Shown here: positions 1-8,718 of the stretch, piece after piece
Layout: every line of letters starts with the position of its first letter
How positions within the stretch are numbered: the first letter of the stretch is position 1
Origin: Candidatus Staskawiczbacteria bacterium
Lineage (GTDB): Bacteria; Patescibacteriota; Minisyncoccia; Minisyncoccales; Staskawiczbacteraceae
Reading direction: 5' to 3'
DNA length: 32,552 nucleotides
Assembly: GCA_016866675.1 (NCBI GenBank)
Contig: VGLO01000003.1
Location: 1-32,552 of the forward strand
Notes under the pieces: model-generated
Databases searched by the model: none
Seen by the model: the letters and a program-made list of their open reading frames with translations, nothing else
Told to the model about the DNA's origin: nothing
Position numbers and translations under genes: made by a program

Positions 1-1
1 A

Positions 2-358
2 TCCGATTTAGCCGTAAAAAAAATAACAGCACAAAATAAAAAGGCAGATTTATTAGTTATTCACGATGACATTGATTTGCCTCTAGGAAAAATTAAAGTT
101 GTAAAAAACAGAGGTTCAGCTGGCCACAAAGGCGTAGAATCAATTATTAAGGCTGTGGGAAATAAAAATTTGGCAAGAATAAGAGTTGGTATTGCTCCCT
201 TAAAAGGAAAAGCAAAAGCTCCTGAAAATTTTGTTATTAAAAAATTTTCAGAAGAAGAACAAAAAATAATTAACAAAACGGTTAAAAAAATATCGGATGC
301 CCTTGAATTATATATGGAAGAAGGCTTGGAAAAAGTTATGAATGAATACAATAAATAA
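2..358 (+). CDS. pth: Peptidyl-tRNA hydrolase, 5'-truncated by the window edge
   Basis: The frame from base 2 reads ...LLVIHDDIDLPLGKIKV...GSAGHKGVESII...RIRVGI, matching the Pth HDD/GHxG/RxRxGI motifs. Confidence 0.95.
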   Translation, partial: SDLAVKKITAQNKKADLLVIHDDIDLPLGKIKVVKNRGSAGHKGVESIIKAVGNKNLARIRVGIAPLKGKAKAPENFVIKKFSEEEQKIINKTVKKISDALELYMEEGLEKVMNEYNK

Positions 359-2291
359 GATAAATCAGTTATTAGTAGTTTCAATCACCCCCTATTTTTT
401 AGAAAAGGAGGTTTTTTGGTTTCAGGCAAATTTAGAAGAAATTTTAAAGTCAGCTAAAACACAACAATTTTTCCAAGACAATACGGTTTTTTTAAAAACT
501 GGTTTAACTTATAATATTTCTGAATTACTAAGAAAGTTTGATGAGCTAGGATACGAAAGAGTGTTTTCTGTGCAAGACCCCGGAGAATTTTCTCAAAGAG
601 GAGGTGTAATTGATATATTCCCAATAAATATGTTGCAAGCCGTGCAATTGGATTTTTTGGGAAATAAAGTTGAGAATATTTCTCTTCTTAATATAAAAAT
701 TAATAACGAAAAAAAGTCAAAAGATGTTTTACTTAAAAGGTTAAAATCTCAAGAACTATTTTCTGATTTAAAAAATATTGAAGTCGGGAACTATTTAGTG
801 CACTTGGATCATGGAGTCGGAAAGTTTACTGGAAAAGAAGAGTTAAATAACCAAGATTACTATGTCTTAGAATATGCAAAGGGAGACAAATTATTTGTGC
901 CCGTTGGCTTAGAAAGAAAACTCTCAAATTATGTTGGCTTTTCTGACCCAATTGTTTCAAGGCTAGGATCTGAATTATGGCAAAAAACAAAAAGAAAAGT
1001 GAAAGAAGATGTTGAAAAATTAGCCAAAGATCTTTTAGATCTTTACTCAAAGAAAGAAATCACCATAAAAAAACCTTACGAAACTGATTTGAGCATGCAA
1101 AAGGATCTTGAACAAAGCTTTCCTTTCCAAGAGACTCCCGACCAACTACAAGCCATTGAAGATATAAAAAAAGATCTTCAGCAAGAAAAACCAATGGACA
1201 GGATTGTTTGCGGAGACGTAGGATTTGGTAAAACAGAAATTGCAATTAGAGCCTCTTTTTTGGCTTCATTAAACGGCTATCAAACTGCCATAATATGCCC
1301 TACGACAATTCTAGCTAACCAACATTACAATAACTTTAAAAAGCGTCTTGAAAATTTTCCCGTAAAAGTGGCTATTATTTCAAGACTGAGCACTAAAAAA
1401 GAACAGCGCGAAATTTTAAGACAAATTTCAGAAGGAAAAATTGATATTTTAATTGGGACTCATAGAATCTTATCTTCTGATGTTGAATTTAAAAAATTAC
1501 AGCTTTTGGTTATTGATGATGAACAAAGGTTTGGTGTAAAACAAAAAGAAAAGCTAAGACAAAAAAATCCGGCTTTAGATATTTTGAGTTTATCGGCCAC
1601 TCCAATTCCAAGAACAATTTATTTAGCTCTCTCTTCTTTTAAAAATATTAGTTTAATGCAAACTCCCCCGCAAGGCAGAAGCGCCATTGAAACTCATATT
1701 CTGCCATACAATGAAAATAAAATTAAAGAAGCTATTGAATCTGAATTAAAACGAGAAGGGCAAGTTTACTTTTTGCACAACAGAGTACAAACAATTGAAA
1801 CAACAAAAAAAGATTTGCAAAAACTTTTACCCGAGTCCAAAATTGCTACAATTCACGGAAGAATGAATGAAAAACAAATAGTAAGCATAATGAAGGACTT
1901 TGCAGAAAAGAAAAATAATATTTTAGTAGCTACTACTATTATTGAAAGTGGAATTGATTTAGCAAATGTAAATACCATTATAGTAGAAGATGCCTCTAGA
2001 CTAGGTCTTTCTCAGGCTTATCAAATACGTGGGCGTGTAGGCAGGTCTCATATTAAAAGTTTTGCTTATTTGTTTTACCCAAAGAAAATACCTCCTTTGG
2101 CTAAAGAAAGATTAAAAGCACTAGAGCAAGCAAAAGAACTGGGTGCAGGATATCAAATTGCTCTGCGCGACATGGAAATAAGAGGAGCTGGAAACATTTT
2201 AGGTAAAGAACAATCTGGCTCAATTAATAAAATAGGATTAAATCTCTATTGCCAAATGCTAGCTGATGCAGTTGAGAAAATGCGATCATAA
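342..2291 (+). CDS. mfd: Transcription-repair coupling factor Mfd, reduced form (649 aa, no C-terminal TRCF/D7 domain)
   Basis: UvrB-homology segment (LGYERV...PGEFSQRGGVIDIFP), CarD-like RID (GNYLVHLDHGVGKF), GDVGFGKT, SATPIPRT, QIRGRVGR and TRG motif (DMEIRGAGNILGKEQSG). Confidence 0.9.
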   Translation: MNTINKINQLLVVSITPYFLEKEVFWFQANLEEILKSAKTQQFFQDNTVFLKTGLTYNISELLRKFDELGYERVFSVQDPGEFSQRGGVIDIFPINMLQAVQLDFLGNKVENISLLNIKINNEKKSKDVLLKRLKSQELFSDLKNIEVGNYLVHLDHGVGKFTGKEELNNQDYYVLEYAKGDKLFVPVGLERKLSNYVGFSDPIVSRLGSELWQKTKRKVKEDVEKLAKDLLDLYSKKEITIKKPYETDLSMQKDLEQSFPFQETPDQLQAIEDIKKDLQQEKPMDRIVCGDVGFGKTEIAIRASFLASLNGYQTAIICPTTILANQHYNNFKKRLENFPVKVAIISRLSTKKEQREILRQISEGKIDILIGTHRILSSDVEFKKLQLLVIDDEQRFGVKQKEKLRQKNPALDILSLSATPIPRTIYLALSSFKNISLMQTPPQGRSAIETHILPYNENKIKEAIESELKREGQVYFLHNRVQTIETTKKDLQKLLPESKIATIHGRMNEKQIVSIMKDFAEKKNNILVATTIIESGIDLANVNTIIVEDASRLGLSQAYQIRGRVGRSHIKSFAYLFYPKKIPPLAKERLKALEQAKELGAGYQIALRDMEIRGAGNILGKEQSGSINKIGLNLYCQMLADAVEKMRS

Positions 2292-2297
2292 TAAATA

Positions 2298-2306
2298 TGG
2301 TATAGT
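2298..2306 (+). promoter_or_regulatory. Extended -10 promoter (TGgTATAGT) for a probably leaderless dprA
   Basis: TGnTATAGT ends 6 nt before the ATG at 2313 and there is no SD. Confidence 0.5.
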
Positions 2307-2312
2307 TTACAA

Positions 2313-3176
2313 ATGAAAGATATTAAAATTGTAAAAATTGAGAGTGAAAGTTATCCAGAATCTCTGAAAAAAATATCTGATGCGCCAAAAGTTTTATATT
2401 ATAAGGGAATCCTGCCAAGTAAAGATGAAAAAATAATAGCAGTTGTTGGCACAAGACGACCCTCGCCCTACGGACAACAGGCAACTATTCAAATTGCAGG
2501 AGAATTGACTAATGAAAATATTACCATTATTTCTGGTATGGCACCCGGTATTGATACATTTGCCCACAAAATTTGCGTTGAGAAACAAAAAAGAACAATT
2601 GCTGTACTAGGCACAGGACTAGATGAAAAAAGTATTTACCCACAACAAAATTTAGAATTATCAAGAAAAATTATTGAAACTGGTGGATGCTTAATTTCAG
2701 AACTCAAAGAAGGTACACATGGCTCAAAATTTACTTTCCCTAGAAGGAATCGTATAGTTTCTGCTTTGTCAGCGGGAGTATTGGTGGTTGAGGCAAAAGA
2801 AAAGTCTGGGTCATTAATTACTGCTAACTATGCAAAAAAACAGAATAAAAAATTGTTTGCGATTCCAGGTCCAATATTTTCTTTAAATTCAGCAGGACCA
2901 AACAGACTTATTAAAGAAGGTGCAAAAATAGTACAAGGCCCAAAAGATATATTAAATGAGTTAAATCTGGTACAATCAAAAAAACAAAAAGAAATATTTG
3001 GAGAAACTAGTGAGGAAAATTTAATTTTGAAAGCATTGAAAGAAGAGGCATTGTATATTGATAAGATAATAGAGAAAACAAACTTGGGGGCTTCGACCGT
3101 CGCCACCTCGCTTGCCTTATTGGAGATATCAGGTAAGATACGGCACTTAGGAGGCAACACATATTCATTAAATTAA
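2313..3176 (+). CDS. dprA: DNA-processing protein DprA
   Basis: IAVVGTR, IISGMAPGIDTFAH, FPRRNRIVSALS, VVEAKEKSGSLITA motifs; C-terminal winged helix; classic dprA-topA adjacency. Confidence 0.96.
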   Translation: MKDIKIVKIESESYPESLKKISDAPKVLYYKGILPSKDEKIIAVVGTRRPSPYGQQATIQIAGELTNENITIISGMAPGIDTFAHKICVEKQKRTIAVLGTGLDEKSIYPQQNLELSRKIIETGGCLISELKEGTHGSKFTFPRRNRIVSALSAGVLVVEAKEKSGSLITANYAKKQNKKLFAIPGPIFSLNSAGPNRLIKEGAKIVQGPKDILNELNLVQSKKQKEIFGETSEENLILKALKEEALYIDKIIEKTNLGASTVATSLALLEISGKIRHLGGNTYSLN

Positions 3177-3183
3177 AAAATAA

Positions 3184-5256
3184 ATGGAATTAGTAATAGT
3201 TGAGTCGCCAACAAAGGCAAAAACAATTCAAAAGTTTTTAGGCAAAAAGTATAAAATTTTGTCGTCTTTTGGACACGTTCGAGATTTGCCAAAGTCAGAG
3301 CTTGGTGTTGATGTTGAAAAAGATTTTGAGCCAAAGTATATAATTCCAACAAAGGCTAGAAAAAATGTGACATTACTAAAAAAGGAAGCTGCAAAAGCAG
3401 ATGAAGTCATATTGGCTACCGACGAAGACCGTGAAGGAGAAGCAATTTCGTGGCATTTGGAAGAGGCTTTAAAGCTAAAAAATCCAAAAAGAATTGTTTT
3501 TCACGAAATTACAGAAGATGCTATTAAAGAGGCTTTAGAAAACCCAAGAAAAATTGATAAAAGATTGGTTGATGCCCAACAAGCAAGAAGAATTTTAGAC
3601 AGAATTGTCGGATACAAGTTATCTCCTTTTTTGTGGAAAAAAATATCTAGAGGACTTTCTGCTGGAAGAGTTCAATCAATTGCGGTACGACTTGTGGTTG
3701 AAAAAGAAAGGGAAATTGAAAAATTCAAACCAGTTGAGTACTGGAGCGTTGAAGCTATATTAAATAAGTCTGGAATTGATTTTTCTGCATTTCTTTCAAA
3801 GGTTAACGGAAAATCAATTGATAAATTAGAAATAAAAAATAAAGAAGAGGCTAATAAAATTCTGAATGAATTAAAAGGTTCAGAGTATAAAGTTGAGAGT
3901 GTAGAAAAAAAAGAAACCAAAAGAAACCCCCTATCACCTTTTACTACAAGTACATTACAGCAAACTTCAGCAAACAAACTTGGATATTCTTCAAAATACA
4001 CAATGTCTTTGGCTCAAAAACTTTATGAAGAAGGACATATTACGTATCACAGAACAGACTCGCTAAATCTTTCTCAACTATCTCTTAATTCAGCTCAAAA
4101 ATTTATAGAAGAATCATTTGGAAAAAATTATTATAACTTCAGAAAATTTAAAGCAAAAAGCGGAGCTCAAGAAGCTCATGAAGCAATTAGACCAACTTTT
4201 GCCAATAAAACACCTGAATCTCTAAAGGGAGAATTAGATGGCCCAAAATATAAACTTTACACATTAATATGGCAAAGATTTATAGCTTGTCAGATGAGTC
4301 CTGCCCTATTTGATTCTACTTCAGTTGATATTTTGGCAAATCAATATACATTTTCAGCAAATGGCCAAGTCTTAAAATTTGATGGTTTTTTAAAAGTTTA
4401 TCCAATGAAATTTTCAGAGAATGATATGCCAAAATTGGAAGAAAAGGAATTACTAAGTTTGGTAAAGATAGATCCGTTGCAACATTTTACAGAGCCACCA
4501 GCTAGATACAACGAAGCCTCATTAATTAAGGCTTTAGAAAAACATGGCATTGGAAGACCATCGACTTATGCTCCAACGCTATCTACAGTACAAGAAAGAA
4601 ACTATATTTCAAAAAACGAGCAAAAAAGATTCATTCCTTCAGAAATGGGTATTATGGTAAACGATATGTTGGTTGAAAACTTCCCTCAAATAGTAGATAT
4701 TGATTTTACAGCCAAAATGGAAAAAGAACTAGATGAAATAGCTGAAGGAAAGGACACATGGAAAAAAACTATTAAAGACTTTTATGAGCCGTTCTCAAAA
4801 AATTTACAGGAAAAATATGATGATGTTAAAAAAGAAAATACAGACATAAAAACTGATAAAGTTTGCCCTAAATGCTCAAAGCCCATGGTAGAAAAATTGG
4901 GTAGATTTGGTAGATTTTACGCTTGTACTGGATTTCCAGATTGCAAACATACAGAGTCATTAGTTAAAGACGGCCCGGGAAACCAAATAATAAAACTAGA
5001 TATTATTTGCCCTAAATGTAAACAGGGCAATATGGTTGCCAAAAAAACTAAAAGAGGGAAAATTTTCTATGGGTGCGATAAATACCCTGCATGCGACATG
5101 GCAACATGGGATAAACCCATAAACGAATTCTGTCCAACGTGCAACTCAATCTTAGTAGAAAATAAAAAGGGGCAAGTTAAGTGCTCCAATAAGGAGTGTA
5201 ATCATAAGAGAGAACAGTCTAATGCAGACTCAAATTCAAAAGCTAATAAAGAGTAG
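3184..5256 (+). CDS. topA: DNA topoisomerase I
   Basis: LVIVESPTKAKTI, ATDEDREGEAI, SAGRVQS, ITYHRTDS (catalytic Tyr), AQEAHEAIRPT, GIGRPSTYA and C-terminal C4 zinc ribbons. Confidence 0.98.
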   Translation: MELVIVESPTKAKTIQKFLGKKYKILSSFGHVRDLPKSELGVDVEKDFEPKYIIPTKARKNVTLLKKEAAKADEVILATDEDREGEAISWHLEEALKLKNPKRIVFHEITEDAIKEALENPRKIDKRLVDAQQARRILDRIVGYKLSPFLWKKISRGLSAGRVQSIAVRLVVEKEREIEKFKPVEYWSVEAILNKSGIDFSAFLSKVNGKSIDKLEIKNKEEANKILNELKGSEYKVESVEKKETKRNPLSPFTTSTLQQTSANKLGYSSKYTMSLAQKLYEEGHITYHRTDSLNLSQLSLNSAQKFIEESFGKNYYNFRKFKAKSGAQEAHEAIRPTFANKTPESLKGELDGPKYKLYTLIWQRFIACQMSPALFDSTSVDILANQYTFSANGQVLKFDGFLKVYPMKFSENDMPKLEEKELLSLVKIDPLQHFTEPPARYNEASLIKALEKHGIGRPSTYAPTLSTVQERNYISKNEQKRFIPSEMGIMVNDMLVENFPQIVDIDFTAKMEKELDEIAEGKDTWKKTIKDFYEPFSKNLQEKYDDVKKENTDIKTDKVCPKCSKPMVEKLGRFGRFYACTGFPDCKHTESLVKDGPGNQIIKLDIICPKCKQGNMVAKKTKRGKIFYGCDKYPACDMATWDKPINEFCPTCNSILVENKKGQVKCSNKECNHKREQSNADSNSKANKE

Positions 5257-6952
5257 TAAAAATTCCGATAAAGTAAGAGAGGCTTTTGAATTTGCAAAAG
5301 AGATTTACAAAGACAGGAAATGGCTTTCTGGAAAAGACTTATACATTGACCATGTATTGAGAATGGCAATTACTCTAAAAGAGCTGGGCATTGATGAGAC
5401 GACTATCATGGCCAGTTTTTTGTATGGCGTAGCTGACACATCCTTATTTTCTCCTCAAGAAATAAATACAGAAGAAATTGAAAAAAAGTTTGGCAAAGAA
5501 GTAGCTTATCTTGTGAAAAAATCCTCCGACCTTAATAAAACTTACTACTCCTTTAACATTAGCCGTGGCAAGTACGACAAATTTGGAAAAGAAAAAATGG
5601 AAAACATTAAGAATATGTTTTTTGCTATGGCCAAAGATTTGAGAGTTGTTCTTCTTAAGATAGCCTCAAGGCTTGATGGTTTAAAAAGAATAGAATTTAT
5701 TTCAGATGAAACCAGAAGGCTTTACTCTATAGAAACTCTTTACATATTTGTGCCTATTGCCAATCGGCTAGGACTAGGAGAGATAAAAACCCAATTAGAA
5801 GACTTAGCCTTTGCCAATATTTACCCAGAAGATTTTAAGTGGATAGAAGAAAATATCAAAGAAAAGTACGAGGAGCGTAAAAAGTACTTGGAGAATTTTA
5901 TGCCAAAGCTAAGAAAGCTCTTAAAAAAAGAAGGGATATCTTTTCTAGATATTGGATATAGAGCTAAATCATACTGGAGCACATACCAAAAACTTCAACG
6001 CCACCAAATGGATTTTGAAAAGATATACGACTTGGTTGCCTTAAGAATAGTTGTTAAAGATATATTTTCTTGTTATAAACTGCTTGGCATTATTCATAAA
6101 AACTTTCAGCCAATGTCAGGGCAAATACAAGACTATATTGCAAAGCCCAAAGAAAACGGCTACAAATCACTCCACACAACTGTTTTTCTTGATGAAAATG
6201 AAATTTCTGAAATACAAATTAAAACAGATCAGATGCATAAAGATGCAGAACACGGAATTTGTGCTCACTGGGCATACAAGGAAAAAATAAACCTTCATAA
6301 AGAAGAAGAAAATTTAAAATTTGCGAAGGAGCTTCCTGAATTTTGGAAAAGTTTTAAAATTGATTTTTTCGACAATAAAGTTTTCACTTTTACTCCAAAA
6401 GGAGATGTAATTGTTTTACCAAAAGGGTCAACCTCTGTTGATTTTGCTTATGCAATACATTCTGAAGTTGGAAATCATTGCGAAGGAGCAAAAATAGATG
6501 GAAAAATTATCCCCCTATCTCGCCCATTAAGCAATGGAGATATTGTTGAAATAATTACCAGCAAGAAGAAACAACCGTCTTTAGATTGGTTAAAATTTGT
6601 AAAAACCAGCTTTGCAAAGTCTCATATCAATAAAATTATTTCTGCTACATTTTCACCAATTTTTTCTGTGCCAACTTTTATCGGAAAAAAAATCATTGGC
6701 ATTGTTAAAAAACCTCATAAAGAAGTAAAACCACAAAAAAAGTTAAAAACTACTGAAGTCTATATTGGCAAGCAAAAAGGCATATCATATAGCTTGGCAA
6801 AATGCTGTCTTCCAAAAGCCGGAGATAATATAAATGCTTACATAGGAAAATCTGGATCAGCTGTTTTACATAGCACTTCATGTAAAAATTTTAAAGAAGT
6901 ATCTAAAAAATTTCCCGAAAAAATAGTTGGTGCCACTTGGCATGAGAGCTAA
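5222..6952 (+). CDS. RelA/SpoT homolog with (p)ppGpp synthetase, TGS and zinc-finger domains; degenerate HD domain, no ACT domain
   Basis: YDLVALRIVV, DYIAKPKENGYKSLHT, EIQIKT, AEHGICAHWAYK; TGS (VFTFTPKGD...DFAYAIHSEVG); AKCC..P..GD. Confidence 0.9.
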   Translation: MQTQIQKLIKSSKNSDKVREAFEFAKEIYKDRKWLSGKDLYIDHVLRMAITLKELGIDETTIMASFLYGVADTSLFSPQEINTEEIEKKFGKEVAYLVKKSSDLNKTYYSFNISRGKYDKFGKEKMENIKNMFFAMAKDLRVVLLKIASRLDGLKRIEFISDETRRLYSIETLYIFVPIANRLGLGEIKTQLEDLAFANIYPEDFKWIEENIKEKYEERKKYLENFMPKLRKLLKKEGISFLDIGYRAKSYWSTYQKLQRHQMDFEKIYDLVALRIVVKDIFSCYKLLGIIHKNFQPMSGQIQDYIAKPKENGYKSLHTTVFLDENEISEIQIKTDQMHKDAEHGICAHWAYKEKINLHKEEENLKFAKELPEFWKSFKIDFFDNKVFTFTPKGDVIVLPKGSTSVDFAYAIHSEVGNHCEGAKIDGKIIPLSRPLSNGDIVEIITSKKKQPSLDWLKFVKTSFAKSHINKIISATFSPIFSVPTFIGKKIIGIVKKPHKEVKPQKKLKTTEVYIGKQKGISYSLAKCCLPKAGDNINAYIGKSGSAVLHSTSCKNFKEVSKKFPEKIVGATWHES

Positions 6953-6970
6953 AATGTGGTAAATTATTGT
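6951..6970 (+). repeat. Left copy of a perfect 20-bp inverted repeat (AAAATGTGGTAAATTATTGT)
   Basis: Exact reverse complement at 8098-8117; contains an extended -10-like TGgTAAATT. Confidence 0.9.
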
Positions 6971-6990
6971 ATTGAAACATGTAATATAAA

Positions 6991-7040
6991 CCTGCCCGGG
7001 TGGCGGACCTGCCTGCCGGCAGGCAGGATTGGCAGACCCA
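6991..7040 (+). repeat. Duplicate of the tRNA-Leu 5' end, interrupted by a 20-bp perfect palindrome
   Basis: CCTGCCCGGGTGGCGGA[CCTGCCTGCCGGCAGGCAGG]ATTGGCAGACcCA versus CCTGCCCGGGTGGCGGAATTGGCAGACgCA at 7289-7318; palindrome at 7008-7027. Confidence 0.93.
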
Positions 7041-7045
7041 TAATT

Positions 7046-7285
7046 ATGAACTATTATGTTTATGCCCTAAAAAGCATTAGTAGAAACTATATTTATGTAG
7101 GAATAACTAATAATTTAGAAAGAAGGATTAGACAGCATAAAAATGGAAAAGAAGCTACAACTAATCCATATCGCCCATTTGAAATAATTTTAACAGAAAC
7201 CTATAATACGAGATTAGAAGCCAGACAAAGAGAAAAGAAGTTAAAATCTGGTTACGGAAAAGAATATTTAAAAAAACTTGTATAG
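7046..7285 (+). CDS. Small GIY-YIG nuclease (UPF0213-like), 79 aa
   Basis: YYVYAL...YIYVGITNNLERRIRQH...EARQREKKLKSG. The ATG at 7046 is preferred because the 6956 extension runs through the tRNA fragment and palindrome. Confidence 0.9.
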   Translation: MNYYVYALKSISRNYIYVGITNNLERRIRQHKNGKEATTNPYRPFEIILTETYNTRLEARQREKKLKSGYGKEYLKKLV

Positions 7286-7291
7286 AATCCT

Positions 7292-7378
7292 GCCCGGGTG
7301 GCGGAATTGGCAGACGCACGGGACTCAAAATCCCGCGATCGCAAGGTCATGTGGGTTCAACTCCCACCCCGGGCACCA
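7292..7378 (+). tRNA. tRNA-Leu(CAA)
   Basis: Acceptor GCCCGGG/CCCGGGC, anticodon arm CGGGA-CTCAAAA-TCCCG, long variable arm, T arm GTGGG-TTCAACT-CCCAC, discriminator A and encoded CCA. Confidence 0.98.
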
Positions 7379-7402
7379 GAATAGAACTTAACACAAGAAA
7401 AT

Positions 7403-7434
7403 AAAAAAAGCTCCGAGCAAAATCGGAGCTTTTT
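7403..7434. terminator. Bidirectional intrinsic terminator between the convergent blocks
   Basis: AAAAAGCTCCGA-gcaaaa-TCGGAGCTTTTT: 12-bp stem with T runs on both strands. Confidence 0.88.
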
Positions 7435-7439
7435 GGTTT

Positions 7440-8060
7440 TCAAACAATGAATTCGGTCAGCTTTTCATAGACCGCCCCATTGTCATCAGCTTTGTAGACA
7501 CAAATCTTTTGAAGCGGAAATGACAAATCAATAGGCGGTGTTTCTGGATTAATTTCCGGTACTTTACCTTCTTGGTAGCGAGTTAAAGTCACATGTGGAC
7601 GAAATAATTTATGTGCCAAATCATATCCGGTTTCCTTGGCGTTATTCTGTTGCGCCTCAGTATAGGGTGTAAAGTACCCCTCTTCATAGGGCTGGCCCGG
7701 ATTGATTCTATATTCCTTAAGCTCACTGATCAGCTTTTCATGAAGTGCGACAAATGGAGTTGATTTTTCGTAGGATACCTCAAAATATCGCCCTTTGGTC
7801 ATAAAGTAACCTGTGTGCTTGCACAAGAAAGATTTAGCTCCCTCCATTAAGCCACCAACTGATTTTAAGATATTGGGTATTTGGTCATTAGAAAAACGAG
7901 CCATATAGACTGTCATATGAGGAAACTTTGTTTCCCCATCCAAAACAAACATTGTGCCATCTGACTTAAGTGACTGGCTGATATTTACACACTCAACCCC
8001 TACTTGATCAGAGGGTATGACACAAATATTGATGATTGTAGAATTATCCGGTTTATTCAT
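7440..8060 (-). CDS. 2H phosphoesterase superfamily protein (2'-5' RNA ligase / cyclic phosphodiesterase-like)
   Basis: Two HxT motifs about 108 aa apart: FPHMTVY and FRPHVTL. Confidence 0.8.
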   Translation of the reverse strand: MNKPDNSTIINICVIPSDQVGVECVNISQSLKSDGTMFVLDGETKFPHMTVYMARFSNDQIPNILKSVGGLMEGAKSFLCKHTGYFMTKGRYFEVSYEKSTPFVALHEKLISELKEYRINPGQPYEEGYFTPYTEAQQNNAKETGYDLAHKLFRPHVTLTRYQEGKVPEINPETPPIDLSFPLQKICVYKADDNGAVYEKLTEFIV

Positions 8061-8097
8061 TGCAATAACCTTTCTTAAAATAAGTGGTAAGAACTAG

Positions 8098-8117
8098 ACA
8101 ATAATTTACCACATTTT
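8098..8117 (-). repeat. Right copy of the 20-bp inverted repeat
   Basis: ACAATAATTTACCACATTTT is the reverse complement of 6951-6970. Confidence 0.9.
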
Positions 8118-8127
8118 TTGAATAGAA

Positions 8128-8718
8128 TCAATTAATTAACTCTCTTAACTCTCCCCTTTCTAAAGACTTTATACTTCTGTGCATATTCGAAGACTTGTTT
8201 TTAAATTGTGTTTCTAATATTTGCAAAACATCACCGTGAGAAACTAACAAAATTTTCTTTTGTTGATATATTTTTTCTAAGTCATCAATAAGAGATACCA
8301 CTCTATTTTTGACATTTTCTACAGATTCTTCATTATATTCTGGTTGCCTATTATTACTATCATTACTCCATACTTTTTGATAATTATTTGTACCTGATTT
8401 ATCAAGACTACCAAACCAACGCTCCCTTAACCTCTCATCAATATTAATTTCAATTTTTATACCCAATAATTCTTTAGTAATTTCTGCTGTTCTTTTGCAT
8501 CTAGAAAACGGTGAACAATAAATTATTACTTCACTATCAAGTATTTTTGATTTTTTAGAGTTTTCTATAGAAGTACTTACCTGCTTTTCACCATTTTTAG
8601 TTAACGAATATTCTTCATTAATTGCGTCCTCTAAATTACTTACTATAATCTCTGCTGTGTTTGCCTTGCTCTCTCCATGCCTTAAGGCAAAATATTTGTT
8701 TTTAAGTTTACTAAACAT
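8128..8718 (-). CDS. Histidine phosphatase (phosphoglycerate mutase-like) family protein
   Basis: LRHGES, SPFSRCKRTA, LRERWFG, LLVSHGD. Confidence 0.92.
   Translation of the reverse strand: MFSKLKNKYFALRHGESKANTAEIIVSNLEDAINEEYSLTKNGEKQVSTSIENSKKSKILDSEVIIYCSPFSRCKRTAEITKELLGIKIEINIDERLRERWFGSLDKSGTNNYQKVWSNDSNNRQPEYNEESVENVKNRVVSLIDDLEKIYQQKKILLVSHGDVLQILETQFKNKSSNMHRSIKSLERGELRELIN

Noticed and set aside
6956-7045. N-terminal extension of the GIY-YIG ORF (MVNYC...CLPAGR...)
   Set aside because: It translates the promoter region, tRNA fragment and palindrome; the domain begins at ATG 7046.
7030-7065. dif-like look (CATAA...TTATGTTTAT) near the strand convergence point
   Set aside because: Arm spacing is 10 rather than 6 bp and it lies in the GIY-YIG start; not supportable.
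6991-7378. Split or intron-containing tRNA interpretation
   Set aside because: The downstream tRNA is complete by itself, and the upstream copy has no anticodon or 3' half.
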